The notes under the pieces were generated by a model that saw only the letters and a program-made list of their open reading frames with translations, had not been told where the DNA came from and did not search any database. Below, in pieces: positions 29,561-39,596 of a stretch of DNA of 64,000 bases; within the stretch, counting starts at the first letter, position 1; every line of letters begins with the position of its first letter. A program made the translations under genes and the position numbers. Source of the DNA: a virus (Duplodnaviria > Caudoviricetes); the IMG/VR virus record IMGVR_UViG_3300032038_000041, positions 30,412-94,411 of that record; one strand, 5' to 3'.

Positions 29561-30175
29561 ATGAAGGATATAAAAGTTTATTATGGCCTTAGTGGAGCAT
29601 TAAAAGGGTCTACTATCGCCGCGTTGAAAAAGAAAAATTCAAATATTCAAATTATGGATTCAGCAATAAAGAGATGGAAATATTATCAATTCGGTATCTT
29701 CTCTGGACTTACTGAATACACTGACCTAACTTATGGAATCTTGCACCTAGTAAGACTTCGTGAGTTTATGGACAAAAATCACTCTGCTGAGAATGATCTC
29801 ATTATAGAAAGAGGAATAACAGATTCACTGTTTTATTATTACTATAATGATAAGTTTAATGTAGAAACTGGGATGGACGAGAACTTGACTCTGATTAATA
29901 ATGCTACGGCTCAGGAACAGATTCTCTTACTTCCAGATTTTTATAGAATTGAAAGAATTCTTCTAATTCAAGAGGATAAAGATTTCGTGAGAGACGTTGT
30001 TTTCCAAGACGAATTTAGAAGAAAAACTTTCAAAAATGATCCTGATTTTTACTTTAAAATGCAGGACTTGTATGTTAGTTTTACTAAGAGGCATAATGTA
30101 ATTGATAAAGTAATCAGAATCACAAGTGCAAAGGAGTATATTGAAAATACTCTGGGGGAACAACTTAAATATTAA
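29561..30175 (+). CDS. putative nucleoside/nucleotide kinase-like P-loop protein
   Basis: GLSGALKGS P-loop-like, IIERGITDS; directly upstream of nrdD. Confidence 0.5.
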   Translation: MKDIKVYYGLSGALKGSTIAALKKKNSNIQIMDSAIKRWKYYQFGIFSGLTEYTDLTYGILHLVRLREFMDKNHSAENDLIIERGITDSLFYYYYNDKFNVETGMDENLTLINNATAQEQILLLPDFYRIERILLIQEDKDFVRDVVFQDEFRRKTFKNDPDFYFKMQDLYVSFTKRHNVIDKVIRITSAKEYIENTLGEQLKY

Positions 30176-30186
30176 AGTTAGTATTT

Positions 30187-32340
30187 ATGGCATCAATTAA
30201 AAAAAGAAATGGCTTTATAGAAGATTTTGATCTTAAAAAGGTTCGAAAAGGTATTAGAAATGCAATGAAGACTGGTAGTGGTGAATATTTTCCACGCCTA
30301 GTAGATGCAATTACTAATGAACTTAAAGATCTACTAAAAGATAAAGAAAATGATGTAATCACTGGTTCTGATATTGATAAATTTATTATAAAACGCCTTC
30401 GGGACTACGGTCAAGCATCAACTGCAACAAATTATGAGAGATATAAAACTCTTAAGTATTATCAAAAGTCGAGGGGCATAGTTGATAATGAAATTGATGG
30501 ATTAATTTCTGGAACAAATGAGGCAGTTATTGATGAAAATTCAAACAAAAATTCACATCTAATCTCTACACAAAGAGACCTAATTGCCGGAATTGAATCT
30601 AGAAATTATGTAGAAAGAAAAATAATGCCGTTGAATCTACTCCAGGCACATCAAGAGGGATTAATTCATATTCATGATACAGATTATATGATTCACCCAG
30701 GAATCTTTAATTGCCAGTTAATTAATCTTAAAGATATGCTTCAAAATGGAACTGCAATTAATGGCAAAAAAATAGAAAAACCAAAGTCAATTCAAACCGC
30801 TGCAACTATTGCAACACAAATTAGTCTTCAAGTAGCTAATGGTCAATATGGAGGACAGACATTTAGTCTATCACATCTTGCTCCATTCGTACGAATATCT
30901 TATAATAAATATGTTGATAAGCTTACTGAGGAATATACTAAACTGGGAAAAGAACCTGACTTAGATATTATTAAAGCTCAAGCTGAAAAACTTACTAGAG
31001 ATGAGGTAAAAAGTGCCGTACAAACTATCCAATTTCAAGAGAATACATTTTCTTCTAGTAATGGCCAAACTCCATTTGTATCAATCTTTATGTATATAAG
31101 TGAAGAACCAGAATATGAGAAAGAGACTGCTATGCTCATAGAAGAAACTATTCGTCTAAGATATCTCGGAATGAAAAACAAGGATGGTGTGTATGTTACC
31201 CCTGCTTTCCCAAAGTTACTCTACGTTCTCGATGAAAACAATGTCCCAAAAGATTCAAAGTATAGATATCTTACGGACTTGGCTGTTAAAACTGCTGCAA
31301 AGAGAATGAATCCTGACTTTATCTCCGCTAAGATAATGAAGAAAAACTATGAAGGAAATGTATTTCCATGTATGGGATGTAGATCCTTCTTAGCACCTTG
31401 GAAAGATGAAGAGGGGAATTATAAATTCTATGGAAGGTTTAATCGTGGTGTCGTAACTATAAATCTTGTAGATGTAGGTTTGTCAGCAAGAAAAGATGAA
31501 AGTAAGTTTTGGGAAATCTTAGATGAACGTCTTAACTTGTGTAAAGAAGCACTAATCCTCAGAACTAAACTTATCAAAGGAGCAACATCTGATGTATCAC
31601 CTATTCATTGGCAAGATGGATCCGTTGCTCGACTAAAATCAGGTGAAAAGATTGATAAGTATCTTGAAAATGGATATAGTAGCATTTCTCTTGGCTTTAT
31701 AGGACTACATGAAATGTGTATGGCAATGTTTGATGAGAGTCTTACATCTGAAAAAGGAAGCGCATTTGCATTAAAAGTCCTGCAATACCTAGCAGATACC
31801 TGTACTAAGTGGAAGACTGAAGAATATCTTAATGGAGCTTCCTTATATGCAACACCATCAGAATCATTATGTTATAAGTTCGCATGTAAAACCGCTAAAA
31901 GGTTTGGTGTTATAAAAGGCATAACTGATAAAGATTGGTTCACAAATAGTTATCATGTAACTCCGACAGAAGAAATTGATGCATTCTCAAAACTAAAATT
32001 TGAAGCTCAATATCAAAATATCTCTAAGGGTGGTGCTGTTAGCTATGTTGAAGTTCCTAATATGGAAGATAACTTAGAAGCACTTGCACAGGTAATTGAT
32101 TTTATGTATGATAATATTCAATATGCTGAGATAAATACTAGATGTGGTGATGTTTGCTCTACTTGTGGATATCAGGGCGAAATTACTGCAGATAAAGATG
32201 GCGTATGGACTTGTCCTAATTGTGGCGAGACAAATAGAGATAAACTAACAGTTGTTCGTCGTACTTGTGGATATATAGGTTCAACGTTTTGGAATAAAGG
32301 AAAGACAGAAGAAATTAATGAACGAGTATATCATCTATAA
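30187..32340 (+). CDS. nrdD: anaerobic (class III) ribonucleoside-triphosphate reductase
   Basis: ATP cone, HIHD, QYGGQT, MGCRSFL, TNSYH, C-terminal Zn CxxC pairs, RRTCGY glycyl radical site. Confidence 0.97.
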   Translation: MASIKKRNGFIEDFDLKKVRKGIRNAMKTGSGEYFPRLVDAITNELKDLLKDKENDVITGSDIDKFIIKRLRDYGQASTATNYERYKTLKYYQKSRGIVDNEIDGLISGTNEAVIDENSNKNSHLISTQRDLIAGIESRNYVERKIMPLNLLQAHQEGLIHIHDTDYMIHPGIFNCQLINLKDMLQNGTAINGKKIEKPKSIQTAATIATQISLQVANGQYGGQTFSLSHLAPFVRISYNKYVDKLTEEYTKLGKEPDLDIIKAQAEKLTRDEVKSAVQTIQFQENTFSSSNGQTPFVSIFMYISEEPEYEKETAMLIEETIRLRYLGMKNKDGVYVTPAFPKLLYVLDENNVPKDSKYRYLTDLAVKTAAKRMNPDFISAKIMKKNYEGNVFPCMGCRSFLAPWKDEEGNYKFYGRFNRGVVTINLVDVGLSARKDESKFWEILDERLNLCKEALILRTKLIKGATSDVSPIHWQDGSVARLKSGEKIDKYLENGYSSISLGFIGLHEMCMAMFDESLTSEKGSAFALKVLQYLADTCTKWKTEEYLNGASLYATPSESLCYKFACKTAKRFGVIKGITDKDWFTNSYHVTPTEEIDAFSKLKFEAQYQNISKGGAVSYVEVPNMEDNLEALAQVIDFMYDNIQYAEINTRCGDVCSTCGYQGEITADKDGVWTCPNCGETNRDKLTVVRRTCGYIGSTFWNKGKTEEINERVYHL

Positions 32341-32831
32341 TGAACTATTTTAAAATAAAAAAATATGACATCGCTAATGGAAAGGGAATTAGAACCTCCC
32401 TTTTTGTTAGTGGATGTACGTTTCATTGTAAGGGCTGTTTTAATTCCGAAGCATGGGATTTTAAATCTGGAAAACCATTTGACGATAATGCTAAAAAAGA
32501 ATTATTTGAACTATTATCAGACCCTCACTGTGTAGGCTTAAGCGTATTGGGCGGAGAACCATTAATGCAAGGACAAGACCTATTAGATCTTCTAAGAGAG
32601 GTTAAAGAAGTATTTCCAGATAAAAATATATGGTTATGGACTGGATTCTATATCAATGAATTAAATGACTTACAAACACAAATTATATCTTTAGTAGATT
32701 ATGTAGTGGATGGAAGATTCGAAGAAAATAATGCACTAAAGAAGTATCTATTTCGAGGCTCATCTAATCAAACTATTTGGGAAAAAGATGAAAAAGGAAA
32801 TTTTGTAAGAAGTAAATATAATGATATATAA
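32340..32831 (+). CDS. nrdG: class III RNR activating protein (radical SAM)
   Basis: NGKGIRTSLFVSGCTFHCKGCFN, LGGEP, RGSSNQ. Confidence 0.96.
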   Translation: MNYFKIKKYDIANGKGIRTSLFVSGCTFHCKGCFNSEAWDFKSGKPFDDNAKKELFELLSDPHCVGLSVLGGEPLMQGQDLLDLLREVKEVFPDKNIWLWTGFYINELNDLQTQIISLVDYVVDGRFEENNALKKYLFRGSSNQTIWEKDEKGNFVRSKYNDI

Positions 32832-32861
32832 CATCCAACAAAGGTCGAAGAAATATGAAAT

Positions 32862-33203
32862 ATGATCGATAAAGATAAAATAGTGGATGAACTTTTAGAT
32901 ATGAGAGATGAGTGTACTGGAAAAGGTATTATGTATATCATGATTCCAAATGAAGACCCAAATGATATTAGAATTGCAACACCAAAAAATATATTTTCTC
33001 CTAGCGAATTAGATGACTTTATTAGATTCATGCTAGAACACTCTAATTTCTCAGGAAAAATAGAACAAGGATCACAAAATTCTGTATGGGACTTTCTCAT
33101 TAAAAAAGTTGATAAAAAACAATTCTTTTCTTTTGACTTAATAGATGCTAAAATAGAATTAGTTGGAGTTTCTTTAAAAGATATTATTCAACGAAAACCT
33201 TAA
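32862..33203 (+). CDS. hypothetical protein
   Basis: Operonic ORF. Confidence 0.65.
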   Translation: MIDKDKIVDELLDMRDECTGKGIMYIMIPNEDPNDIRIATPKNIFSPSELDDFIRFMLEHSNFSGKIEQGSQNSVWDFLIKKVDKKQFFSFDLIDAKIELVGVSLKDIIQRKP

Positions 33204-33212
33204 ATATGTATT

Positions 33213-33491
33213 ATGAAAAAGTCAAAAAGAACAAAAAGTAATGACCTGGCTAAAATCTTAAGAATGATTAGTCGGGATGAAGAACTTGAAAGAAATGACG
33301 GTAAATGGGTAGCTATGAACCGTGTATTCAAAGACAAGAAAAAGTACGATAGAAAAAAGATGAAAAAGGACTTAAGGGATGACCTTGGGTCCTTATCTTT
33401 TTTACAAAAATTAAAGGGAGAACTTAATCTCCCTTCTTTTTTATTATTTCGAAACCATGAATTCTTTTACCATTTTCTCTATACTGAATAG
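33213..33491 (+). CDS. small basic protein, candidate ArfA/BrfA-like ribosome rescue factor made from a non-stop mRNA
   Basis: SRDEE..G...RVFKDKKKYDRKK; intrinsic terminator at 33366-33403 lies inside the ORF before any stop codon. Confidence 0.55.
   Translation: MKKSKRTKSNDLAKILRMISRDEELERNDGKWVAMNRVFKDKKKYDRKKMKKDLRDDLGSLSFLQKLKGELNLPSFLLFRNHEFFYHFLYTE
33366..33403 (+). terminator. intrinsic terminator inside ORF 33213-33491
   Basis: AAGGACTTAAGG-GATGA-CCTTGGGTCCTT followed by ATCTTTTTT. Confidence 0.75.
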
Positions 33492-35463
33492 CTTTGACTT
33501 CAAACCACTGATTAATATCTTCGGCTTTGGCTGTTTTATTATTCCCTACCTGATTATAAATATTTTGAATACTAGCCTTTAAAGATATCTTACTAATCCT
33601 ATCACCTATATTAAATTTTGAATAAATTAGAGAATTAATATTATCCTTATTAGATTGTTCAATGATATTTTTCTGATATTCAGCCTCAATCTTGGCCTTA
33701 GTATAACTTCCAGCTTTTATTCTTTCTACTCCTAAGGTTATAATATAGTTCTTATATTCCATTGGGATAGAGTTAATTAATAATTCAAAGCCAGACTCTT
33801 CAAGTATATCCTTTTGATCGCAGATAAATTTCATCCTATCCCTAAATGTTTTATACTTATAATTAAAATCATTTAAGATCTTGTCAAATTTATCCTTATT
33901 TGTTGATACATTGAAATCTGATAAATTACTAAAGACAGCAAATCTATCCTTATAGTCATACTCTTGAATTTCAAAAGTTCGCATTTCAGATATCATCATA
34001 AGATCATTTTTAACCGGTACTGCCATAGATCCCGCGTGATGATTAACGGCTACAAAATCCGTCTTATAGTTTGCATTTTTAGCATCTCTTTCATACTTCT
34101 CTACTAAGGCATCTTTATCCTCATCGGGTAATAATGTATAAGCCTTTAGTAGACTCTCTGTTTTTCTAAGTTTAATCTCAAGATAGTTTTTAAACTCTTC
34201 TTTACTTTTATCACCTTTATATTTTAAAGTTACATATAAATCAGCACTATTCTTCCATGGGTTTTCTATTAATCTCTGTCTACCTAAAATCTGTGGTAGG
34301 TCTAAGGAAATATCTACTGATAAGCAGTCTATATTAGCGTTACTAAAGATATAAGATTTAGCACAGGTACTATAAAAATCAGCACCTAAATATACCGTCC
34401 TAGTGCAAAAGGTAAAGGTTTTATGTGGTTCTCCTTTCTTTGGAACTCTACCGATAAATGGTCCATCTGATTTCTTAAGACCAAAGGCTCTCTGAATAGT
34501 GGTTTCATTTGTCGGAGTCTTAGCTATAAGAATATTACACTGATCCGGTGTAAGCTTATTTAACTTTATGGCCTTTGCAATATCTTTAACGGAATTGACA
34601 TAAAACACAGCCTCTTTACTTTCAATCTCTTTAAAATTGCCGTGTTCATCTTTATAGCGATATGTATCATAATTTCCTGTTGTATATTTTAAGATTACTT
34701 TAGCAATTTCAGCTTGAATAGTATTTCTCTTACCACAATACTTCACATTAAGATTTGGCTTCATTATCCTTCCAGGCTGTTTAGAATTCCAGTCTAGTTC
34801 AAAGTAAGGTAAGTCTTTAAATTCATCTAACATCTCTAGATATTCTTTTATCATTGGAGTTGCACTAACATATACAACTCTATTTAATCCCTGAAGATGA
34901 CCTACAAATTCTAATTCAGAACTTGACTTGAATTTAGCGTCAGTGAAGATGCTCTGAAATTCATCAATAACTACATAAAACTTCTCTATATCTTCCCCTA
35001 ATGCTTCTTTAACATGACGAAAAGAATCATACGTTACTAGGATTTTACAAGGTTTTCTTTCCTGAAATGGACTAGGTTGACATGAGTTCCAATAATCTAC
35101 TACTCCTTGTTTTAATTTCATAATTCTAAGCTTTTTATCTTCCTCAGAAAGTTCTTTAAACCCTAAAGATTTCAAATCTGGCCTAGAACTTGAAAAATCC
35201 TTTTCAAAATTAATGCCTCTTTCAACTTCATTTCTCACATAATAAACGTTACCCTTATGTTGATCCTCTTTATTCTCTAAGAGTATCTTACGTGGTGAAC
35301 ATAGTATAATATTCATATTATTTCTAATACAATATTCAGTATACCCGCAACCAGTTAAAACTTTGTTTAGTATGTGAGGAAATTGATAATGTTCAAGAGA
35401 GTATTCTTTCCAATTACTGATATATCTTATACCAGTTGGTACTTTAATTGATTTAATTTCCAT
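33424..35463 (-). CDS. SF2 (DExx-box) helicase-like protein, paralog 2
   Basis: LTGCGYT, VIDEFQ, VSATP, FCTRTVYLGADF, QILGRQR; colinear with 5979-8000. Confidence 0.8.
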   Translation of the reverse strand: MEIKSIKVPTGIRYISNWKEYSLEHYQFPHILNKVLTGCGYTEYCIRNNMNIILCSPRKILLENKEDQHKGNVYYVRNEVERGINFEKDFSSSRPDLKSLGFKELSEEDKKLRIMKLKQGVVDYWNSCQPSPFQERKPCKILVTYDSFRHVKEALGEDIEKFYVVIDEFQSIFTDAKFKSSSELEFVGHLQGLNRVVYVSATPMIKEYLEMLDEFKDLPYFELDWNSKQPGRIMKPNLNVKYCGKRNTIQAEIAKVILKYTTGNYDTYRYKDEHGNFKEIESKEAVFYVNSVKDIAKAIKLNKLTPDQCNILIAKTPTNETTIQRAFGLKKSDGPFIGRVPKKGEPHKTFTFCTRTVYLGADFYSTCAKSYIFSNANIDCLSVDISLDLPQILGRQRLIENPWKNSADLYVTLKYKGDKSKEEFKNYLEIKLRKTESLLKAYTLLPDEDKDALVEKYERDAKNANYKTDFVAVNHHAGSMAVPVKNDLMMISEMRTFEIQEYDYKDRFAVFSNLSDFNVSTNKDKFDKILNDFNYKYKTFRDRMKFICDQKDILEESGFELLINSIPMEYKNYIITLGVERIKAGSYTKAKIEAEYQKNIIEQSNKDNINSLIYSKFNIGDRISKISLKASIQNIYNQVGNNKTAKAEDINQWFEVKAIQYRENGKRIHGFEIIKKKGD

Positions 35464-35569
35464 ATTTATTAATTGTTTAAAATTATAGAATAGAACTCTA
35501 CTATCTTCTTATATTATTTTCTAGTAATTGTTCTATTCCTTCCAAACATAAGGAATTGAGAGTTTCTAA

Positions 35570-35930
35570 AGAGCAAAATGTCACCATTTTTTGGAAATTA
35601 TTTTGTATCTACCTTATAAGTCTCATTTTGGTTAAAATTGAATAAAAAATAGTGACACCTATTCTCACAGATCTTACTTCTACCTTATTCCCTCACTCCA
35701 CTTCGTTCGGTCAATGATAAAGTTTCAGGAGTCTTATTCAATAGCGTAGCTGCCAAAGCGTTAAGCGAAGAGGGTTAAACGAGGGACGGACTTTGTCCCG
35801 AGTACCGATGAGTAGCTTTGGAATGCTTCTCTTACATAGAGCCGGGGTGGGAGCGTTAAGTGAAATGAGGAATGAAGTGACGAATGGAACAAGCGAGTGG
35901 CGGATGGAATCCGGGCAGGCCGGGATTTCT
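35570..35930. other. inverted repeat plus GNA mini-hairpin region upstream of helicase-like copy 2
   Basis: TGTCACCATTTTTT..AAAAAATAGTGACA inverted repeat (35579-35657); motifs CACTTCGTTC, AGCGTAGCT, GGAATGAAGTGACGAATGG, CGAGTGG shared with 5040-5670. Confidence 0.7.
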
Positions 35931-36100
35931 TTTCTATTATATGTCAGATCCTCTCAAGTCGAAGAAAAAAAAGAAAGAGGATTATGTTTTCCCCTTTCCT
36001 TTTTCTTTATTCTTTTTAAGTTGTTCTTTAAACCATGGAAGATATGCCTGTTTAAACACCACCTTACCTGCTACTACGCAGACTTGTCTAATAAACTCTT

Positions 36101-36412
36101 TCATGCTGTCCCTCCTTCTTTTTCAAGTTCATTTATTAGATTACGAGCAAAGTCATCATTAATCTTAGCCTCTTCTATTTTTTCGAGGGTCAGAATTAAC
36201 TTCTTTTTTCCTTCTTTACTCATGCCTTTAAACTCTTTAAGGATATCTTGCTTACTAGAGTAATATTTTGCTGACTCTAGTTCTGCATCTCTAAATTCAG
36301 GGAATAGGATTAGTTTAAAATTATAAGCAATTGTTTCTCCCAATGTTTCACCTAATGCTCCGGCTGCAAATGCTAAGCCTAAGCTAAATACTTTTACTAT
36401 AAATGTTCCCAT
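36101..36412 (-). CDS. hypothetical protein with hydrophobic N-terminus
   Basis: 103-aa ORF, AT-rich leader. Confidence 0.65.
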   Translation of the reverse strand: MGTFIVKVFSLGLAFAAGALGETLGETIAYNFKLILFPEFRDAELESAKYYSSKQDILKEFKGMSKEGKKKLILTLEKIEEAKINDDFARNLINELEKEGGTA

Positions 36413-36572
36413 ATTTTTTGTTATTTTATTTTCGTGTCCACCTGGGTATTTATCTAAGTATCTGTTTCAACCTTTTGGTATCTTCAGTCTAAGACACACA
36501 TCTTAGAGACAGATCTTAGAAGGAGAGGAACTAAGCTTTGACTCCTAATTCACTCTCCCAATAGTTTTTATG

Positions 36573-36782
36573 CTAGTCCTCCTCAAGATTATGTATATCT
36601 ATATAAAGAGGACTTTCTTTTCTACAGAACATGTACCATGCTCCGCCGATGGCTAATACTATATCGATTGCCATCCAAAATCCTTTCCAGAACTCACTCA
36701 AGAGTTCAAAGTAAGATCCGTATGCCGAACATAGGATAATTAATACTCCTACGACATAGCATAAAAATTCTTTTCTACCCAT
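36573..36782 (-). CDS. small membrane protein (2 TM)
   Basis: Two hydrophobic segments; leader AAAATAACAAAA shared with the gene starting at 36412. Confidence 0.65.
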   Translation of the reverse strand: MGRKEFLCYVVGVLIILCSAYGSYFELLSEFWKGFWMAIDIVLAIGGAWYMFCRKESPLYIDIHNLEED

Positions 36783-37512
36783 ATCTTTTGTTATTTTAAT
36801 TATTGTCTCTTATTAAAAATTGCCAAAGGTTTCTCTCCTTAGGACTTTTGATACTATAATTATATAAGTCAATTCATTTTTTCAACTCCTATATTCTATA
36901 TATAATAAGAGGCTGTATTCCAACTCGCTATAGTATCCACATCCCATTACTAGAGATATATGACGATACAGTCATCATGATATCTTGTTCATGGTTCACT
37001 TCCGTACGAAAGTTACATGCTTTAATATAACAGACTTAAACTATGTCTAAATCTTTATATTGCGTTGATTATACTCTTCGCATAATCTTTTTTTCTTAAA
37101 TTTCTGTTAATTTAGGCTATCCCATTTAATATTATTCGTTAAGGGATGCCTTTTTTATGTCAACCTTTAATACGCTGCCGGCCTATAAGTTTACAATAGG
37201 CATAACAACTCCTACTTTTCTCTTTCGATAGTAAACCCGACTAGCATTTTTAGATCGCCGGCACGATCCTAAGCTCATCATTCTTAGATTTCCTTATAAA
37301 ACTTCCCCTAGTCCACCTTCAGTATTGTTTTTATAAGTAAGTATCGTACGTTTCAGATACATGATAAAATAAACTAGAAATCACTCTAATTAGTAATCTC
37401 TAGGAATAATCTCGAAACTAACATTTAGGCTTTTATACCTTAGAACTCTACCTACAGAATTCTTATTAATTTCTATTCATATATAAGGGTTTGATACCCT
37501 TTTTAGACGGCG

Positions 37513-37956
37513 TTAACAAAACTCCATACAACAGCTAAATCTAAGTCCATCAGAGTAAAATTCAAGATTATTACTGTGAAATCCAAGAGAATTCCAATAA
37601 ACTTCTTCTTCTGATCTAAAAAATTTACTCTCTTCCGGATGATTTTTATAAAAAGATTGATAATCATATCCTCCAGGACACCAATTTACAGCCATATTAA
37701 AGAATTCTAATGGTGGTTCTACTTCTCCATATTCATCATGGATTACTACCAGTGGACTAGTTAAAAATTCTAGAATAGACTCTTTTGTAAGATCATAATA
37801 TTTAATAATAGGCTCATCCCCAAATTCAATAAACCTATTAATATTTTTATTTTCCCACCAATTAGGATTCCATAAAAATTTCCAACCTGCACTTCTTTTT
37901 CCCAAGTGAATCCTTTTTTTAGTTGGTATTATTGTTGCATAATAATTAGTTCCCAT
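37513..37956 (-). CDS. phage hypothetical protein
   Basis: MGTNYY...HLGKRSAGWKFLW; promoter CCTTACATATG two bases before the ATG. Confidence 0.75.
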   Translation of the reverse strand: MGTNYYATIIPTKKRIHLGKRSAGWKFLWNPNWWENKNINRFIEFGDEPIIKYYDLTKESILEFLTSPLVVIHDEYGEVEPPLEFFNMAVNWCPGGYDYQSFYKNHPEESKFFRSEEEVYWNSLGFHSNNLEFYSDGLRFSCCMEFC

Positions 37957-38225
37957 TACATATGTAAGGAACACAACCTTATAAAATAAAAATAGTTAAT
38001 TTTATCCGTCTAAGGGGATTCCTTATTTTCATTGTGAGGAAAGATAAAATTTTCGTGAAGAGTATAACAATTTATATAGTTTCGTCACTGCTATTGAATC
38101 AAGGCTACCTATTCCAGAAATGATGGAACAAAATTCTAGTTATACTAATAGGCAGATAAAATTTTCTCAGCGTATGAAGAAAAATAAATTAAAGGATTGG
38201 ATTTTATATCCTCTCCTTTTCTTTT

Positions 38226-38612
38226 TTAAAGTTGCTGCAACCAACTAAGAATTTGCCGAGCCTCAGGTTCATTAGAGTTATCTTCTATAATTTCATTAGT
38301 TAATTCATCTAAGAGTTGATCAAGGACTGTAAATCCGAATTGATTTCCAAATAACTTGTGTAGAGTTTTATATTCAGTCTCTGTTATTTCACAGGACTTT
38401 TTAATAATCATATAATCCTCAATATTATGTCCATCTTCATCATATTCGTTGGTTCCAAATCCCAGTCCTAGGTCTGATCCATAACCAAGATCTGAGGCTG
38501 CTTTAATAATTTTGTTTATAAGGTCTACTTGGTCTTCGTTGAATATTTCAAATCCATAAAAAGTAGCTTCATCAGACCAATTTTCGTCTACTTTTATCAA
38601 ATAATATTTCAT
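38226..38612 (-). CDS. hypothetical protein
   Basis: Last gene of a minus-strand operon of overlapping ORFs. Confidence 0.7.
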   Translation of the reverse strand: MKYYLIKVDENWSDEATFYGFEIFNEDQVDLINKIIKAASDLGYGSDLGLGFGTNEYDEDGHNIEDYMIIKKSCEITETEYKTLHKLFGNQFGFTVLDQLLDELTNEIIEDNSNEPEARQILSWLQQL

Positions 38613-38887
38613 ACTCCATCTGGATTTTGTTTAATAAGTTCTTCTAATTGTTCTTTATTTGAATTTTCCCAAGCAGTACCTAATTTAATACCACCTACAA
38701 AAGCTCTAGCAACTGCTTCAAATATTTGTGGATAATCTTTATCAATTCCACCAATTTCAAAATTAGAAGATGCTCCAATTTTAAAAGCTTGTTTTACTAG
38801 AGAAATAACATCTTCATTTGTTGTTCCAAGATTCTTTACATAAGACTTAGTCAACCAGTCTACATACTCTTCTTTTGTGATTCCCAT
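38609..38887 (-). CDS. hypothetical protein
   Basis: Overlapping operonic ORF. Confidence 0.65.
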   Translation of the reverse strand: MGITKEEYVDWLTKSYVKNLGTTNEDVISLVKQAFKIGASSNFEIGGIDKDYPQIFEAVARAFVGGIKLGTAWENSNKEQLEELIKQNPDGV

Positions 38888-39144
38888 AAAACTGTTACTT
38901 CTGGACTTTCAATAAATCCGCCTCCTTCTAGAACAGTATATCCTTTTAGTTCTAAAATAGCTTTAGCAGCTTTAGAAATAGTTCCTGTCCAATTTACTTT
39001 AAATTTACCAAGGAGAGCTTCTTCATTAATCCAATTTTTTATTTGTTGTAATTCTTTCTCTAATTCTTCTTTATTTGCTTGACTGACTTGTCGAGCCTCT
39101 TCTGCGCTTAATAATTCTACCATGGCTTTCCTTTTATTTTCCAC
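38860..39144 (-). CDS. hypothetical protein
   Basis: Overlapping operonic ORF. Confidence 0.65.
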   Translation of the reverse strand: MENKRKAMVELLSAEEARQVSQANKEELEKELQQIKNWINEEALLGKFKVNWTGTISKAAKAILELKGYTVLEGGGFIESPEVTVLWESQKKSM

Positions 39145-39323
39145 CTTATAATAAATATTACTATGTATAGAAGTATTAATAGAAATACTGCAAGTCCCAT
39201 CTCAAAGAAGAAGAGTGAAAAAACCCACCACCAAGACCAGGGAAATATACCAAATAATTTTAGAATTATAAATAGTATAGTAATTCCTGTTGCAAATAAT
39301 GAAAATCTAATTGTTATTCTCAT
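39117..39323 (-). CDS. small membrane protein (LKL...WSWWWV family)
   Basis: Two TM segments; paralog of 44965-45165. Confidence 0.7.
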   Translation of the reverse strand: MRITIRFSLFATGITILFIILKLFGIFPWSWWWVFSLFFFEMGLAVFLLILLYIVIFIIRWKIKGKPW

Positions 39324-39591
39324 TTTTAATATAAATTTTAATTTTATTATTTTCTATCATAAAATAATCTATATAGCCTAGACCTTCTATGAGATCATCT
39401 TTCATTAGTAATGGACCGCCATAAGGGTCTATTCCAGCTATTGTATTATCATTTTCATAAAGAATTCTTATATACTCCTCTTCCAGAGTATAATGATCCT
39501 CATCATAGATAAGGGTATGATCTACCCCTCTCCCATGTAGAAAAAATTCTGACTCTTGTTTTGAGCCAGAGCAATATTTATTTGTTTCCAT
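39307..39591 (-). CDS. hypothetical protein
   Basis: Operonic ORF, IDPYGGP motif. Confidence 0.65.
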   Translation of the reverse strand: METNKYCSGSKQESEFFLHGRGVDHTLIYDEDHYTLEEEYIRILYENDNTIAGIDPYGGPLLMKDDLIEGLGYIDYFMIENNKIKIYIKNENNN

Positions 39592-39596
39592 AACAA

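Noticed and set aside
35793-36263. + strand ORFs 35793-36263 and 35884-36162
   Set aside because: They overlap the hairpin region and run antisense to a credible gene; composition is not protein-like.
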